The notes under the pieces: generated by a model | Told to the model about the DNA's origin: nothing | Seen by the model: the letters and a program-made list of their open reading frames with translations, nothing else | Database searches by the model: none | Translations under genes and position numbers: made by a program | Assembly: GCA_964540995.1 (NCBI GenBank) | Contig: CAZIOU010000001.1 | Coordinates: 6,742 to 70,741 of the forward strand | Source: an uncultured Gammaproteobacteria bacterium | GTDB taxonomy: Bacteria > Patescibacteriota > Patescibacteriia > UBA1558 > 2-01-FULL-52-15 | Direction: 5' to 3' | DNA length: 64,000 bases | Part shown: one piece after another, positions 45,487 to 54,473 of the stretch | Layout: each line of letters begins with the position of its first letter | Numbering within the stretch: position 1 is the first letter of the stretch

Positions 45487-46562
45487 TGGCTAATTTCAAA
45501 CATTTTATCCGCCCCACATCAGAGAAACCACCATCATTGGTAAGTGTTACTATTGTTAGTGCTTTGGTTGGTTTGGCTACAGGAGCAGCTGGATTTAGCC
45601 TACTACGAGCGCTCTACCCCAGTGAAACCATCATTACAGGCACTACCGGTGATCTGAGTTCGCTCAAAGTTACTTTTGACGAACCTTTGACTGCTGTAGC
45701 AGCGCAGCTTGATGATCATATAGTACCTGTGTATAACCACATAGAAACCTCAACTACCAATTTATATACTGACCGTGATTACGTGGCTACTGCTTTGATT
45801 GTTACCTCCGATGGTTGGCTGATGGTACCGTCCACCGTGTCAGTACCGGCGCAACCAGATGTCATCGTTAATAACAAAGTCTATCGTGTCACCGAACAGC
45901 ATCTTGATACGGTGGCGCAAGTTCGTTTCTTGAAAATAGATGCCAATAATCTCTCACCGATTCGCTTCACCAAAGATGACGAAGTCAAGCAAGGTGCGCT
46001 CTTGGTCTATGAGCAGGCGCGGATTGCTGGCGGATCACTCTTTAACCGCTCATTAGTTCGGCAGATAGATACCATTGATATGACTAGTCGTATGACGCAG
46101 ATTCACGGTGCTAGCTTGGTGGATCAGACTATTGCTATCGATCAAAATGCTTCTGAGTCGGTTTTTTACTTTACAGCCGGAGGAGCGGTGGCAGGAGTCG
46201 GGCAGGGCGGACAGCTAGTCCCCGCCTACTATATTCGCACGGCTGTGGATAAGTTATTAGCCAAAACTTCCTATGTATCGTTAGGGATTTCCTATGTCGA
46301 TCTCTATCGTCTTCCCGGGCATCAGGATGACGAAGGTGTCTTGATTACTTCCGGTTTACGCGCTGCTATTATCCCAGGATCTCCCGCCGCCAAAGCCGGC
46401 CTCAAGCTCAATGATCATATCGTAGCAGTCGCTGGTACTCCGATCGGCTACACCAACAATAATAGCCTCGGCAAACTGATGCTGGGCTATAAGACTGGCG
46501 ACAGCGTTGTTCTTGATATTGTCCGTGACGGTAAGAAGCAGCAGGTGACAGTACAGTTCTAA
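45486..46562 (+). CDS. HtrA/S1C-like protein with PDZ domain (catalytic residues degenerate)
   Basis: ALIVTSDGWL, PGSPAAKAGLKLNDHIVAV, RDGK. Confidence 0.8.
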   Translation: MANFKHFIRPTSEKPPSLVSVTIVSALVGLATGAAGFSLLRALYPSETIITGTTGDLSSLKVTFDEPLTAVAAQLDDHIVPVYNHIETSTTNLYTDRDYVATALIVTSDGWLMVPSTVSVPAQPDVIVNNKVYRVTEQHLDTVAQVRFLKIDANNLSPIRFTKDDEVKQGALLVYEQARIAGGSLFNRSLVRQIDTIDMTSRMTQIHGASLVDQTIAIDQNASESVFYFTAGGAVAGVGQGGQLVPAYYIRTAVDKLLAKTSYVSLGISYVDLYRLPGHQDDEGVLITSGLRAAIIPGSPAAKAGLKLNDHIVAVAGTPIGYTNNNSLGKLMLGYKTGDSVVLDIVRDGKKQQVTVQF

Positions 46563-46900
46563 TCAAGGTCATCGACGGGCGTATCGGGCAGAGGAATATA
46601 GTGAGGAGCCGCTAAGGGCTTCTTTTTGTTTGGTTGCTCGTTGATAACGGGAGGATGAGGGGAATACTTGGGATTAGAGATTTTCCACTTATCAACATAT
46701 TGACCCAAGCCTTGGCTCGCCAGAAGGTTACGGCGGCGCGTACTGACCTGACTCCACTTCACCAGACTATTGAAGTTGATCTTGTAACGTCCTTTGACGA
46801 TGATATAGCGAAGCTGACCAGCATAGATCGCTTGCCTTATAGTTTTGGTCGAAACACCAAATAATCTGGTAGCTTCAGAGATTGAGACTCGAATATCCAT
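46559..46900 (-). CDS. MerR/excisionase-like HTH protein
   Basis: SISEATRLFGVSTKTIRQAIYAGQL. Confidence 0.8.
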   Translation of the reverse strand: MDIRVSISEATRLFGVSTKTIRQAIYAGQLRYIIVKGRYKINFNSLVKWSQVSTRRRNLLASQGLGQYVDKWKISNPKYSPHPPVINEQPNKKKPLAAPHYIPLPDTPVDDLD

Positions 46901-46904
46901 GGGA

Positions 46905-47258
46905 GGTAGGTATTAGTTACTTGTTATCCGTTATTAGGGAAGATAAGATGATATCTCATTTTTATGTATTTCTACCCTAATAACAAATAACTAATTACAT
47001 TTAACTATTATAGTATACACTATTCTATACTTTAATGGGTGCTAGGGGCTCGTCACTCGGTACTCGGAAGAGGAGGGGAAGAAACTAGAAACTTGGAACT
47101 GGAAACTAGGAAGAGGGTATCCGCTACCCGCTATCCGGGCGGATTCCGGGTAGCGGACTCCGGACCCCTATTTCAAGTTCCTAATTTCTAGCTTTTAGGC
47201 CCTAGTCCCTACTTCCTACGTCCTAAGGCATACTGCCTTATCCCTAGTACCCAGCACC
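46905..47258. repeat. Cluster of heptamer-periodic inverted repeats
   Basis: ttagtta/taataac arms; ggtgcta ggggctc gtcactc ggtactc; agaaact agaaact tggaact ggaaact. Confidence 0.8.
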
Positions 47259-47427
47259 ATTTCTTCCTATCCTTGTCAAGTTTACAAAAATGCCTTATTT
47301 TGTTACTATTTTGTCAATCTGACAGTGAAGGCGTCAGAGTACATTGTGAAAAGGGCCTGTATTTAGGCTTTTTTTCGCTATTTGTGCCGTTAACTGTAAT
47401 ATTTAAACCAATAATCCGACTACTTAA

Positions 47428-47991
47428 GTGAAGGGAGTTCGTAAAAGCTTAAAGGAGAGAATCGCGTATTTACGGCTATTAGCAGGCGATACCGATGCTT
47501 TTGGCTATTTCTACGATCAGTACGCTCCCAAGATTTATAGCTATATCTATTTCCGCACCTCGGACCAGGAAGCGGCTCAAGATATCATGCATGACGTCTT
47601 CCTCCGAGCTTGGCAGTATATAGTAGATAAGAAGAAGGTAGATAATTTCCGCGCGCTGCTCTATCAGATAGCTCGCAACAAAATCGTTGATTTCTACCGC
47701 GCCAAGGAAATCGCCCCCACCTTATTAGATGAGACGGTGGCGGTCATCGTACAAGATCAAGGCGGTGTAGCTCTCGATATCGACATTCTCCGCCAGCGCA
47801 TCGTTTCACTTAAAGACGAATATCAGGAAGTCATCACCTTACGTCATTTAGAAGGATTAAGTATTGATGAGATAAGTGTAGTGCTCGGTAAGGATAAGAA
47901 TAATGTCCGCGTCACCTTACATCGAGCTTTGACTAAATTAAAAGAATTATACCAAGCCCCTCCACATGATTCATCTGATCAGCAAAATTAA
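47428..47991 (+). CDS. ECF RNA polymerase sigma factor
   Basis: AQDIMHDVFLRAW, LYQIARNKIVDFYR, EGLSIDEIS...NVRVTLHRAL. Confidence 0.93.
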   Translation: MKGVRKSLKERIAYLRLLAGDTDAFGYFYDQYAPKIYSYIYFRTSDQEAAQDIMHDVFLRAWQYIVDKKKVDNFRALLYQIARNKIVDFYRAKEIAPTLLDETVAVIVQDQGGVALDIDILRQRIVSLKDEYQEVITLRHLEGLSIDEISVVLGKDKNNVRVTLHRALTKLKELYQAPPHDSSDQQN

Positions 47992-49228
47992 GCAGCAACC
48001 CGACCTTGTCCCTGACAAGCAGTGGTTACGTCTTCAGAAGGCGGCTCTTTTGTCTGAAATTTCTGTCATGCAGAAGGAACGACAGGCTCAACGTTTGTCC
48101 TTGGGGCAGAGAGCGGAGTTGATTTCTTTGCGTATTACCAGACGCTTCGTACCGTCTACTATGAATGTAGCGGTTTTTGCCGTTTTATTACTCATTGTTT
48201 CTTCCGCTGGTTTCATGGCTCAAGCTGCAGTACCAGGTGACATCCTCTATACGGTCAAGATTTCCTTAGAGAAGGCCGAGTTAACCTTAGCCAACGATCC
48301 AGTATCCGAAGCCGAGATCTCTATGAAACACGCCGATGTCCGTTTACGAGAATTGGCCGTTATTTCTTCCAACGATAATATCGATACCCAGACCAAAGAC
48401 CAAGCCATGGCTGAAGTGGTTCGTCGTCTGGAGAAGAATATCGTCGCCGCCGACAGTAGCTTGAAGATTGCTCGTTCGAGTGGTGATAGCGATCGTATTT
48501 CCAAGACGCTCATCCTAGCCCGCGATCTGTCGCGCCGCGCCGAGACTACTGCCAAGACACTAGAGAAACAAGTCAAAGATATTGCTGGTGTAGTGGTCGT
48601 CGATGGACGAGTGATCGCTAGTAACCAGAAGATTTATAAACAAGTAGCAGTCAATCCTTGGAGCGGTATCAATCCTCAGAACGAAGCTGTCCGCGGCAAA
48701 GATGTAGTCACCGCTCTGACGGAAGCTATCAAGCTCCATGAAGGTGTCTCTACCAACGCTGCTAATACCGTATTAGAAATCAAGGATCAAGAACATAACT
48801 CGGTAGCTCAAGAAGAAGTTAATGATGTACTGACCAATCGTATCGCTACGCAGCAAGCTAAGCTGGATAACGTCAAGAAAGTTATGGCTAGCATTGATGA
48901 GCAATCCGTCCGTAAATTAATTCTGGAAGATCCCACTAAGTCTGTTATTTACTCCCAATACATTCGCCTCGACGTCCAAGTCAAAGAAGCGGAGACCAAT
49001 CTGGCAGCTGCTGCCAAGCTCTTGACCGAGAAGAAAGAGGACGAAGCGAATGTGAAGTTAGAAGCCAGTAGGCAGGTTATCGATGCGATAGCGGGAGTGC
49101 TGGCCAAAGTAAATATCATTGGTACTAAGCAAGATGAGAAAGATGCAAGTGCCGGTGGTACGACGGGAACCGTGAAGATTGAGACTGTTACCAAAGGGGC
49201 AACTACGACTGATCCGTTAACCCGTTAG
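47966..49228 (+). CDS. DUF5667-domain TM protein (putative anti-sigma)
   Basis: AVPGDILYTVKISLEK...RLREL after the TM; overlaps the sigma gene. Confidence 0.8.
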   Translation: MIHLISKIKQQPDLVPDKQWLRLQKAALLSEISVMQKERQAQRLSLGQRAELISLRITRRFVPSTMNVAVFAVLLLIVSSAGFMAQAAVPGDILYTVKISLEKAELTLANDPVSEAEISMKHADVRLRELAVISSNDNIDTQTKDQAMAEVVRRLEKNIVAADSSLKIARSSGDSDRISKTLILARDLSRRAETTAKTLEKQVKDIAGVVVVDGRVIASNQKIYKQVAVNPWSGINPQNEAVRGKDVVTALTEAIKLHEGVSTNAANTVLEIKDQEHNSVAQEEVNDVLTNRIATQQAKLDNVKKVMASIDEQSVRKLILEDPTKSVIYSQYIRLDVQVKEAETNLAAAAKLLTEKKEDEANVKLEASRQVIDAIAGVLAKVNIIGTKQDEKDASAGGTTGTVKIETVTKGATTTDPLTR

Positions 49229-49907
49229 TTCATTTCACTGTCTGGTTGGTATAGTTAAATTCCCTATTCCATAGTGTCGTTAAACTTATGGTCAGGCGTT
49301 ACTGGCCAAGGATAGCGAAAATTCGCCTATGTCCTTATACGACTAGGGCGAAACGCAGTTGTTTATTAACAAATTCATCGAGCTGAGCTCGATGCAAACG
49401 TTCTACCGTAATCATGCGCAATAGACACGATTACGTCATGGGGTCCCCTGTTAACACTCGGGACTGCGGACGTCTTCGCCGTCCTTGGTTAAGGTTCTAG
49501 TCTCTACACGGTGCTTTGTCACGGTTGGGGGCTAGGTCCCTTAACTAATCAGCCTGTAAAACGTGCAGGTTGGTGGCCTTGAAATACCGAGCGGAGTTCC
49601 ATTTATGGAATGAAGCGAGGTATCTAAGGGTGTGCTTATTGCGCGCGCATTAAGGGAACGTTTGTACTCACTCGTATCTTATGATCGAGTGGGCCGTTAT
49701 GTCACTAGGCCTCTGGCCCAAGAACATAACTCTAATAACTCGTTCTAATACTGTTCCGCTTTTGATAAATTATCGCAGTACTCCATGATGGCTTCCGACC
49801 AGCAAGGTCGACTCATCCGAAAGGGTGATCGGGGAGGAGTCCAACGTGATACAGGGTGCCGAGATAATGAAAGCGCTGGTACTAGAACGTAAGGAGATAG
49901 ATTCTAA
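49229..49907 (+). ncRNA. Large structured RNA or 5' leader of the surface protein gene
   Basis: No ORF; more than 10 helices, long-range closing stems and a candidate pseudoknot. Confidence 0.65.
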
Positions 49908-52900
49908 ATGTCTAATTTAGCTAAGAAGTTCTTCGTCGTCTCTTTGGTTTTTGCCACTGTGATGTTGAACGTAGCATCGGTACTCGTACCGTCTGCTCAC
50001 GCTTTGGCAGCTGGTGACTTGATCAAAGGTCCTAACTCCGATGCAGTTTACTACATCGGTGCGGACATGAAGAAATACGTTTTTCCTGATGGCAAAACAT
50101 ATTTCACTTGGTACAAGAATTTCAATGGTGTTAAGAAGGTAACCGTCAATGATTTGGATATGTATCCAAATGGCGGTGCCGTTACTTACCGTCCTGGAAC
50201 AAAATTGGTAAAGACTGTTGATTCCAACAAAGTCTATGCCGTTGAACCAGGTGGTACGCTTCGCTGGATCAAGGATGAAGCGACAGCTATTGCCCTTTGG
50301 GGTAGTAACTGGGCCAAGAATGTAAATGATGTAATCCCAGGTTATTTCTCAGCCACTTATAAGGTTGGTGCTGACCTCGGATCCATGTACCCAACTGGTC
50401 AATTGATCCAAAAGAATGGTGATTCTACTATCTACTTCGTAGATGGTTCCACTATTCGTCCGTTTGCCTCTGGTGACGCCTTCACTGTAAACGGTTTCGA
50501 CTATGCCTTCATCGTGAAGGTTGCCAATACCACTGGTTACACCACTGGTAGCTCGATCACCGGTCAAGAGAGTGCTTTGAGTTCAATCAACGCTTCCTCT
50601 TCTGTCCCAGCTGTTGCTGGTGCTTTGACCGTTTCATTGGCCGCTGATACGCCAGCTTCTGGTGTCGTAGTGTCCAATGTTTCTCGAGTTCCGTTCACTA
50701 AGGTCAATCTGACCACTGGTAACAACCCTGTTACCATCGATACGATCGTCGTCAAACGCGGTGGTATTGGTCAGGATGGTGCATTTGCTTCCGTCGACAT
50801 TTTAGACGGTAAGACCATGTTGCCATTTGATCCGAATTCCAAGAGTTTCAATTCCAATCACGAAGCTAATTTCACCAAGGATATTACCATCCCTGCTAAC
50901 ACTACTTGGCCAATTTACTTGGCTGGTAATATTGGTGCGGTTGGTAATACCTACGCAGGTGAATTCCCAGCTTTGGGTATTTCAGCTATTACATTGACAG
51001 CTGGTTCATCCTTGAGTGGCTCTTTGCCAATCATGGGTAACACACAGACCTTGAATGGTACGATTAACGTCGGAACGGTTGCCGTCTCTCGAGGTGCATA
51101 TGCAAATGCGACATCAACTCAAGAGGTGGGCAAGACCAACTATACCTTCTTTTCGTTTGCAGTCGCTGCTAATACAGAAGACATGAATATTACTAATGTC
51201 TCTGTATATCAAAGAGGCAATGCGACTCTTGGAACTGATTTGGTTAACGCCAAATTGTTGAAGGATGGTACTAAGATTGCTGATGGAACGTACTCTGACA
51301 AATATATCAACTTCACTTTGGCTACGCCATTGAAGATTGATAAGGGTCAGACGGCTCAGTTGCAGGTACAGGCTGATATAGCAGGCGGATCTACCCGCAC
51401 CGTTCAGTTAGCTTTTTATAGAGCTACTGATTTGGTATCAAAGGGTATGACTTATGGCTATAATGTAACACCAACCTTCTCGGGTACAGGTTACAAAGGT
51501 TCGGTAACGGCTACTCCGATATTCACCGCCGAGACCACTACAATCTCTAAAGGAAGTTTAGTTATTGAGAGAAGTAATACAGTTGGCTCTAACAACATCG
51601 GTATCGGTAATGATCAGGTATTAGGCGCGTTTAAGTTTACAGTAAAGGGCGAACCAATTGATGTTTCGGCTCTCACTGTATATATTGCATCTTCTACCTC
51701 AGCTATTACTGACGCTTCTGCTGCTTTACAGAATGTAAAGTTGATAGATTCTAACGGTGTAACTGTAGCCGGTCCTTCTGACTTTACTACTCACACTCTA
51801 AACATTGCTTTCACGGATACCTTTACGGCTCCGGTGGGAGAGAATGTTTACAAGATTGTTGCTAATGTAATGAGTAACGGTGGTTGGACTTCTAATGATA
51901 CGATTTGGGCTGGAATTAATACTCCGTCCAATAAGATCACAACACGCGGTCAGGTAACTGGTGAGTCAATCACAGCCACCCCCGGTAGCGACATCTCAAC
52001 TAACACCCAGACAATTAGAGGTGCTAAGTTGACTGTAACCCGCAACACCTTGCCGTCTACTGGCACTGTCGTGAAGGGCAGTCAAGATGTGCTCCTGGGT
52101 TCTTGGACCTTCGATGCTGCGTCTGCTGGTGAGGATATCCGCATCACTTCATTACTCTTCGCTGCTTCTTCCTCCAATGCAACTAACTTGACCGTCTATG
52201 ATGGCAAGTACGGTTCTGGCGGTGTAGCTAAGAGTCCTGTCAACGATGCTCCTTCTAGCGATGATGACAACGCTACTTCAACCTTTGCTTTTGACACACC
52301 TATCGTTATTACGAAGGGTACGACAAAGACAATTGAATTAGTTGGTGATATCAATACTGGTGCCAACACTGGTGACTCTGCTCAGTTTGGATTGACCGAT
52401 ACTGTTGCTGCTACTAACGCTTCAGTTGTTGCTTACGGTGTCCAGACAGGCAACCGCGCCAATATTACCTTAGTCGCTGATAACGGTGCTGTGCTCAGCT
52501 ATGCTGGTGCTGGTGCTGTAACTGTAAGTTCTTACAATAACCCAAGTAATGGATTGGTTCGCGCTGGCGCCACTGGTGTTACCTTTGGTTCCATCAAGTT
52601 TGACGCTTCATCTGCGGAAGATCTAGACTTGGATCAGTTGGTTATTGGTGTTGCTGATGGCGGTATCACTGGTACTGCTACTGGTAACTACCAGGATGTG
52701 ACTAAAGTTTACATCTATGATGGTTCTACCAAGTTAGGAGAAGCCACCATTCCGTCAACTGGTACCTATACTATTGACTTCAATAACGGTACTTTGACAG
52801 TTCCGAAGGGCGCTTCTAAAACCCTGACTATTAAGGTAGATGTAGGTACGATTGATACCTCTGCTGATGATAGCCCTGCTACACCAGCCGCAGATATCCT

Positions 52901-53681
52901 CTTCAAGTTAGACGGCGGCACTGCTGGCTTCAAGTTCACTGGTGTTTCCAGTAACGCGACAGCCACAGAAACCAACAATGGTTCCACTACTTCATCCATG
53001 GTCATACATAAGTCTCTTCCTTCTGTCACCTTCTCTCAGAGCGGTGCTACATTAGGAGCGGCTTCATCCTTGGCCAATGGCAGCAATGACCTGTACAAGT
53101 TTAAGGTTAGCGCTGATGCTGCTGGTGGCGATGTCTTGCTCTACCGAACGTCGTTTGAATTGACGACTGGAGGAGGCGCAGATACAACCCTAACCAATTG
53201 TTTCGTCAAGGATCAGAACGGATCGACTATCACTTCAGTTACCACCCCAACCTCACGCGGTGAAGCTGGTAACGGTAAGAATGTCGTATCTTTCGTCTTC
53301 GATAACCCATCTATCTCGGTAGGTGATACGAAAGAAGCTCTGTCAGTATCTCCTGGCGATTCAAAAACCTATACCTTGAATTGTACGGTTGCTAATGCCG
53401 GATCCGGTGACTTCGTCGCTGTATCTCTGCTTGGCGACACCGCTTCCAGTACTCCGGCTGCCTCTCATGGTACTCCGGCTGCTACTGGTCAGAACAAAGC
53501 TGATGCTTGGTCTGCATACCAACAAGGTAACTTCATCTGGTCAGATAACTTTAAGAACCTTGGACTCGCTACGAACGATGCTAATGCTACCGCCTATGGT
53601 CAGTGGTACAATGGTTACTTAGTCAGCGGTTTGGGACAGAATTCAACCACCACTGCTTACACAGTTGGTTGGTCATCCTAA
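49908..53681 (+). CDS. Large secreted S-layer-like surface protein
   Basis: Signal peptide, three GxL(I/V)x...VY repeats, Thr/Ser/Gly-rich beta domains, biased codon usage, AAGGAG SD. Confidence 0.8.
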   Translation: MSNLAKKFFVVSLVFATVMLNVASVLVPSAHALAAGDLIKGPNSDAVYYIGADMKKYVFPDGKTYFTWYKNFNGVKKVTVNDLDMYPNGGAVTYRPGTKLVKTVDSNKVYAVEPGGTLRWIKDEATAIALWGSNWAKNVNDVIPGYFSATYKVGADLGSMYPTGQLIQKNGDSTIYFVDGSTIRPFASGDAFTVNGFDYAFIVKVANTTGYTTGSSITGQESALSSINASSSVPAVAGALTVSLAADTPASGVVVSNVSRVPFTKVNLTTGNNPVTIDTIVVKRGGIGQDGAFASVDILDGKTMLPFDPNSKSFNSNHEANFTKDITIPANTTWPIYLAGNIGAVGNTYAGEFPALGISAITLTAGSSLSGSLPIMGNTQTLNGTINVGTVAVSRGAYANATSTQEVGKTNYTFFSFAVAANTEDMNITNVSVYQRGNATLGTDLVNAKLLKDGTKIADGTYSDKYINFTLATPLKIDKGQTAQLQVQADIAGGSTRTVQLAFYRATDLVSKGMTYGYNVTPTFSGTGYKGSVTATPIFTAETTTISKGSLVIERSNTVGSNNIGIGNDQVLGAFKFTVKGEPIDVSALTVYIASSTSAITDASAALQNVKLIDSNGVTVAGPSDFTTHTLNIAFTDTFTAPVGENVYKIVANVMSNGGWTSNDTIWAGINTPSNKITTRGQVTGESITATPGSDISTNTQTIRGAKLTVTRNTLPSTGTVVKGSQDVLLGSWTFDAASAGEDIRITSLLFAASSSNATNLTVYDGKYGSGGVAKSPVNDAPSSDDDNATSTFAFDTPIVITKGTTKTIELVGDINTGANTGDSAQFGLTDTVAATNASVVAYGVQTGNRANITLVADNGAVLSYAGAGAVTVSSYNNPSNGLVRAGATGVTFGSIKFDASSAEDLDLDQLVIGVADGGITGTATGNYQDVTKVYIYDGSTKLGEATIPSTGTYTIDFNNGTLTVPKGASKTLTIKVDVGTIDTSADDSPATPAADILFKLDGGTAGFKFTGVSSNATATETNNGSTTSSMVIHKSLPSVTFSQSGATLGAASSLANGSNDLYKFKVSADAAGGDVLLYRTSFELTTGGGADTTLTNCFVKDQNGSTITSVTTPTSRGEAGNGKNVVSFVFDNPSISVGDTKEALSVSPGDSKTYTLNCTVANAGSGDFVAVSLLGDTASSTPAASHGTPAATGQNKADAWSAYQQGNFIWSDNFKNLGLATNDANATAYGQWYNGYLVSGLGQNSTTTAYTVGWSS

Positions 53682-53723
53682 TCTCTGATTCTCATTTCGG
53701 GTAATCCACCCGAAATAACAATA

Positions 53724-53762
53724 ACTACCCTCGAGCGAAAGCTTGGGGGTAGCTTGTTTTTT
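53724..53762 (+). terminator. Intrinsic terminator
   Basis: ctaccctcgagc GAAA gcttgggggtag followed by a T-tract. Confidence 0.85.
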
Positions 53763-53792
53763 GGCCAGAAATATACTATTCTTCAGGAACAT

Positions 53793-54470
53793 ATGATTAG
53801 AAATATAAAGAAACAATGGCTTATTATTGCCGTAACCGCGGTACTTGTGGTGGTCGCCGTTATGCTGTATACCAGCTCACGAATGTCACAACTTCTCAAT
53901 CGTCCATATGAACTCAAAGATTTTCCTCAGGTTCAAGGTACAGCAGAATATCAGATAGTCGTGGATGGGTTGAATAAGTCAAGAGAGAAGATACTGTCAA
54001 AACCAGAAGATCAAGTAGTACTCTATGATCTGTGGAATGATGTTGGCGTACGAAAGCTTGCGCTCAATGATTATTACGGCGCTGAAGCTGCCTGGAAGAA
54101 AGCCGAAAGTATCAATTCGAAGAATCCATTAGCTATCGCAAATCGGGCCAATCTGTATAAGGCTTTTTTACATCGTTTCTATGAATCTGAGAAATTATAT
54201 TTGCAAGCTATCGCTCTGAATAAGACAGCTGAACCATATTTTCCTGATTATGAAGGGTTAGCTGATCTGTACCAAAATTATTGGCAGGACAAGAAGTCCA
54301 AGGTTGAATCTCTGATGCTTTCAGCTATTGATAAAGCTTTTGATCCGCTTAATAAAGCGCGCTTTTATCTATTCTTGGCTAACTATATGAGATCTACTGA
54401 TCCCGCAAAGTTCGAAATGTATCGAGCTGAGACGATTAAATACGATCCATCATTATCAAGTCAATTTTAA
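53793..54470 (+). CDS. Membrane-anchored TPR protein
   Basis: TM followed by AEAAWKKA, YLQAIAL, YEGLADLY. Confidence 0.8.
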   Translation: MIRNIKKQWLIIAVTAVLVVVAVMLYTSSRMSQLLNRPYELKDFPQVQGTAEYQIVVDGLNKSREKILSKPEDQVVLYDLWNDVGVRKLALNDYYGAEAAWKKAESINSKNPLAIANRANLYKAFLHRFYESEKLYLQAIALNKTAEPYFPDYEGLADLYQNYWQDKKSKVESLMLSAIDKAFDPLNKARFYLFLANYMRSTDPAKFEMYRAETIKYDPSLSSQF

Positions 54471-54473
54471 ATT

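Noticed and set aside
11612-47258. CRISPR array
   Set aside because: The repeats are dispersed heptamer or palindromic elements with no constant repeat-spacer period, and there are no cas genes.
49229-49907. RNase P RNA, tmRNA or group I/II intron
   Set aside because: I could not find GAGGAAAGUCC/P4, tRNA-like tmRNA ends, group I P7 or group II domain V signatures by eye.
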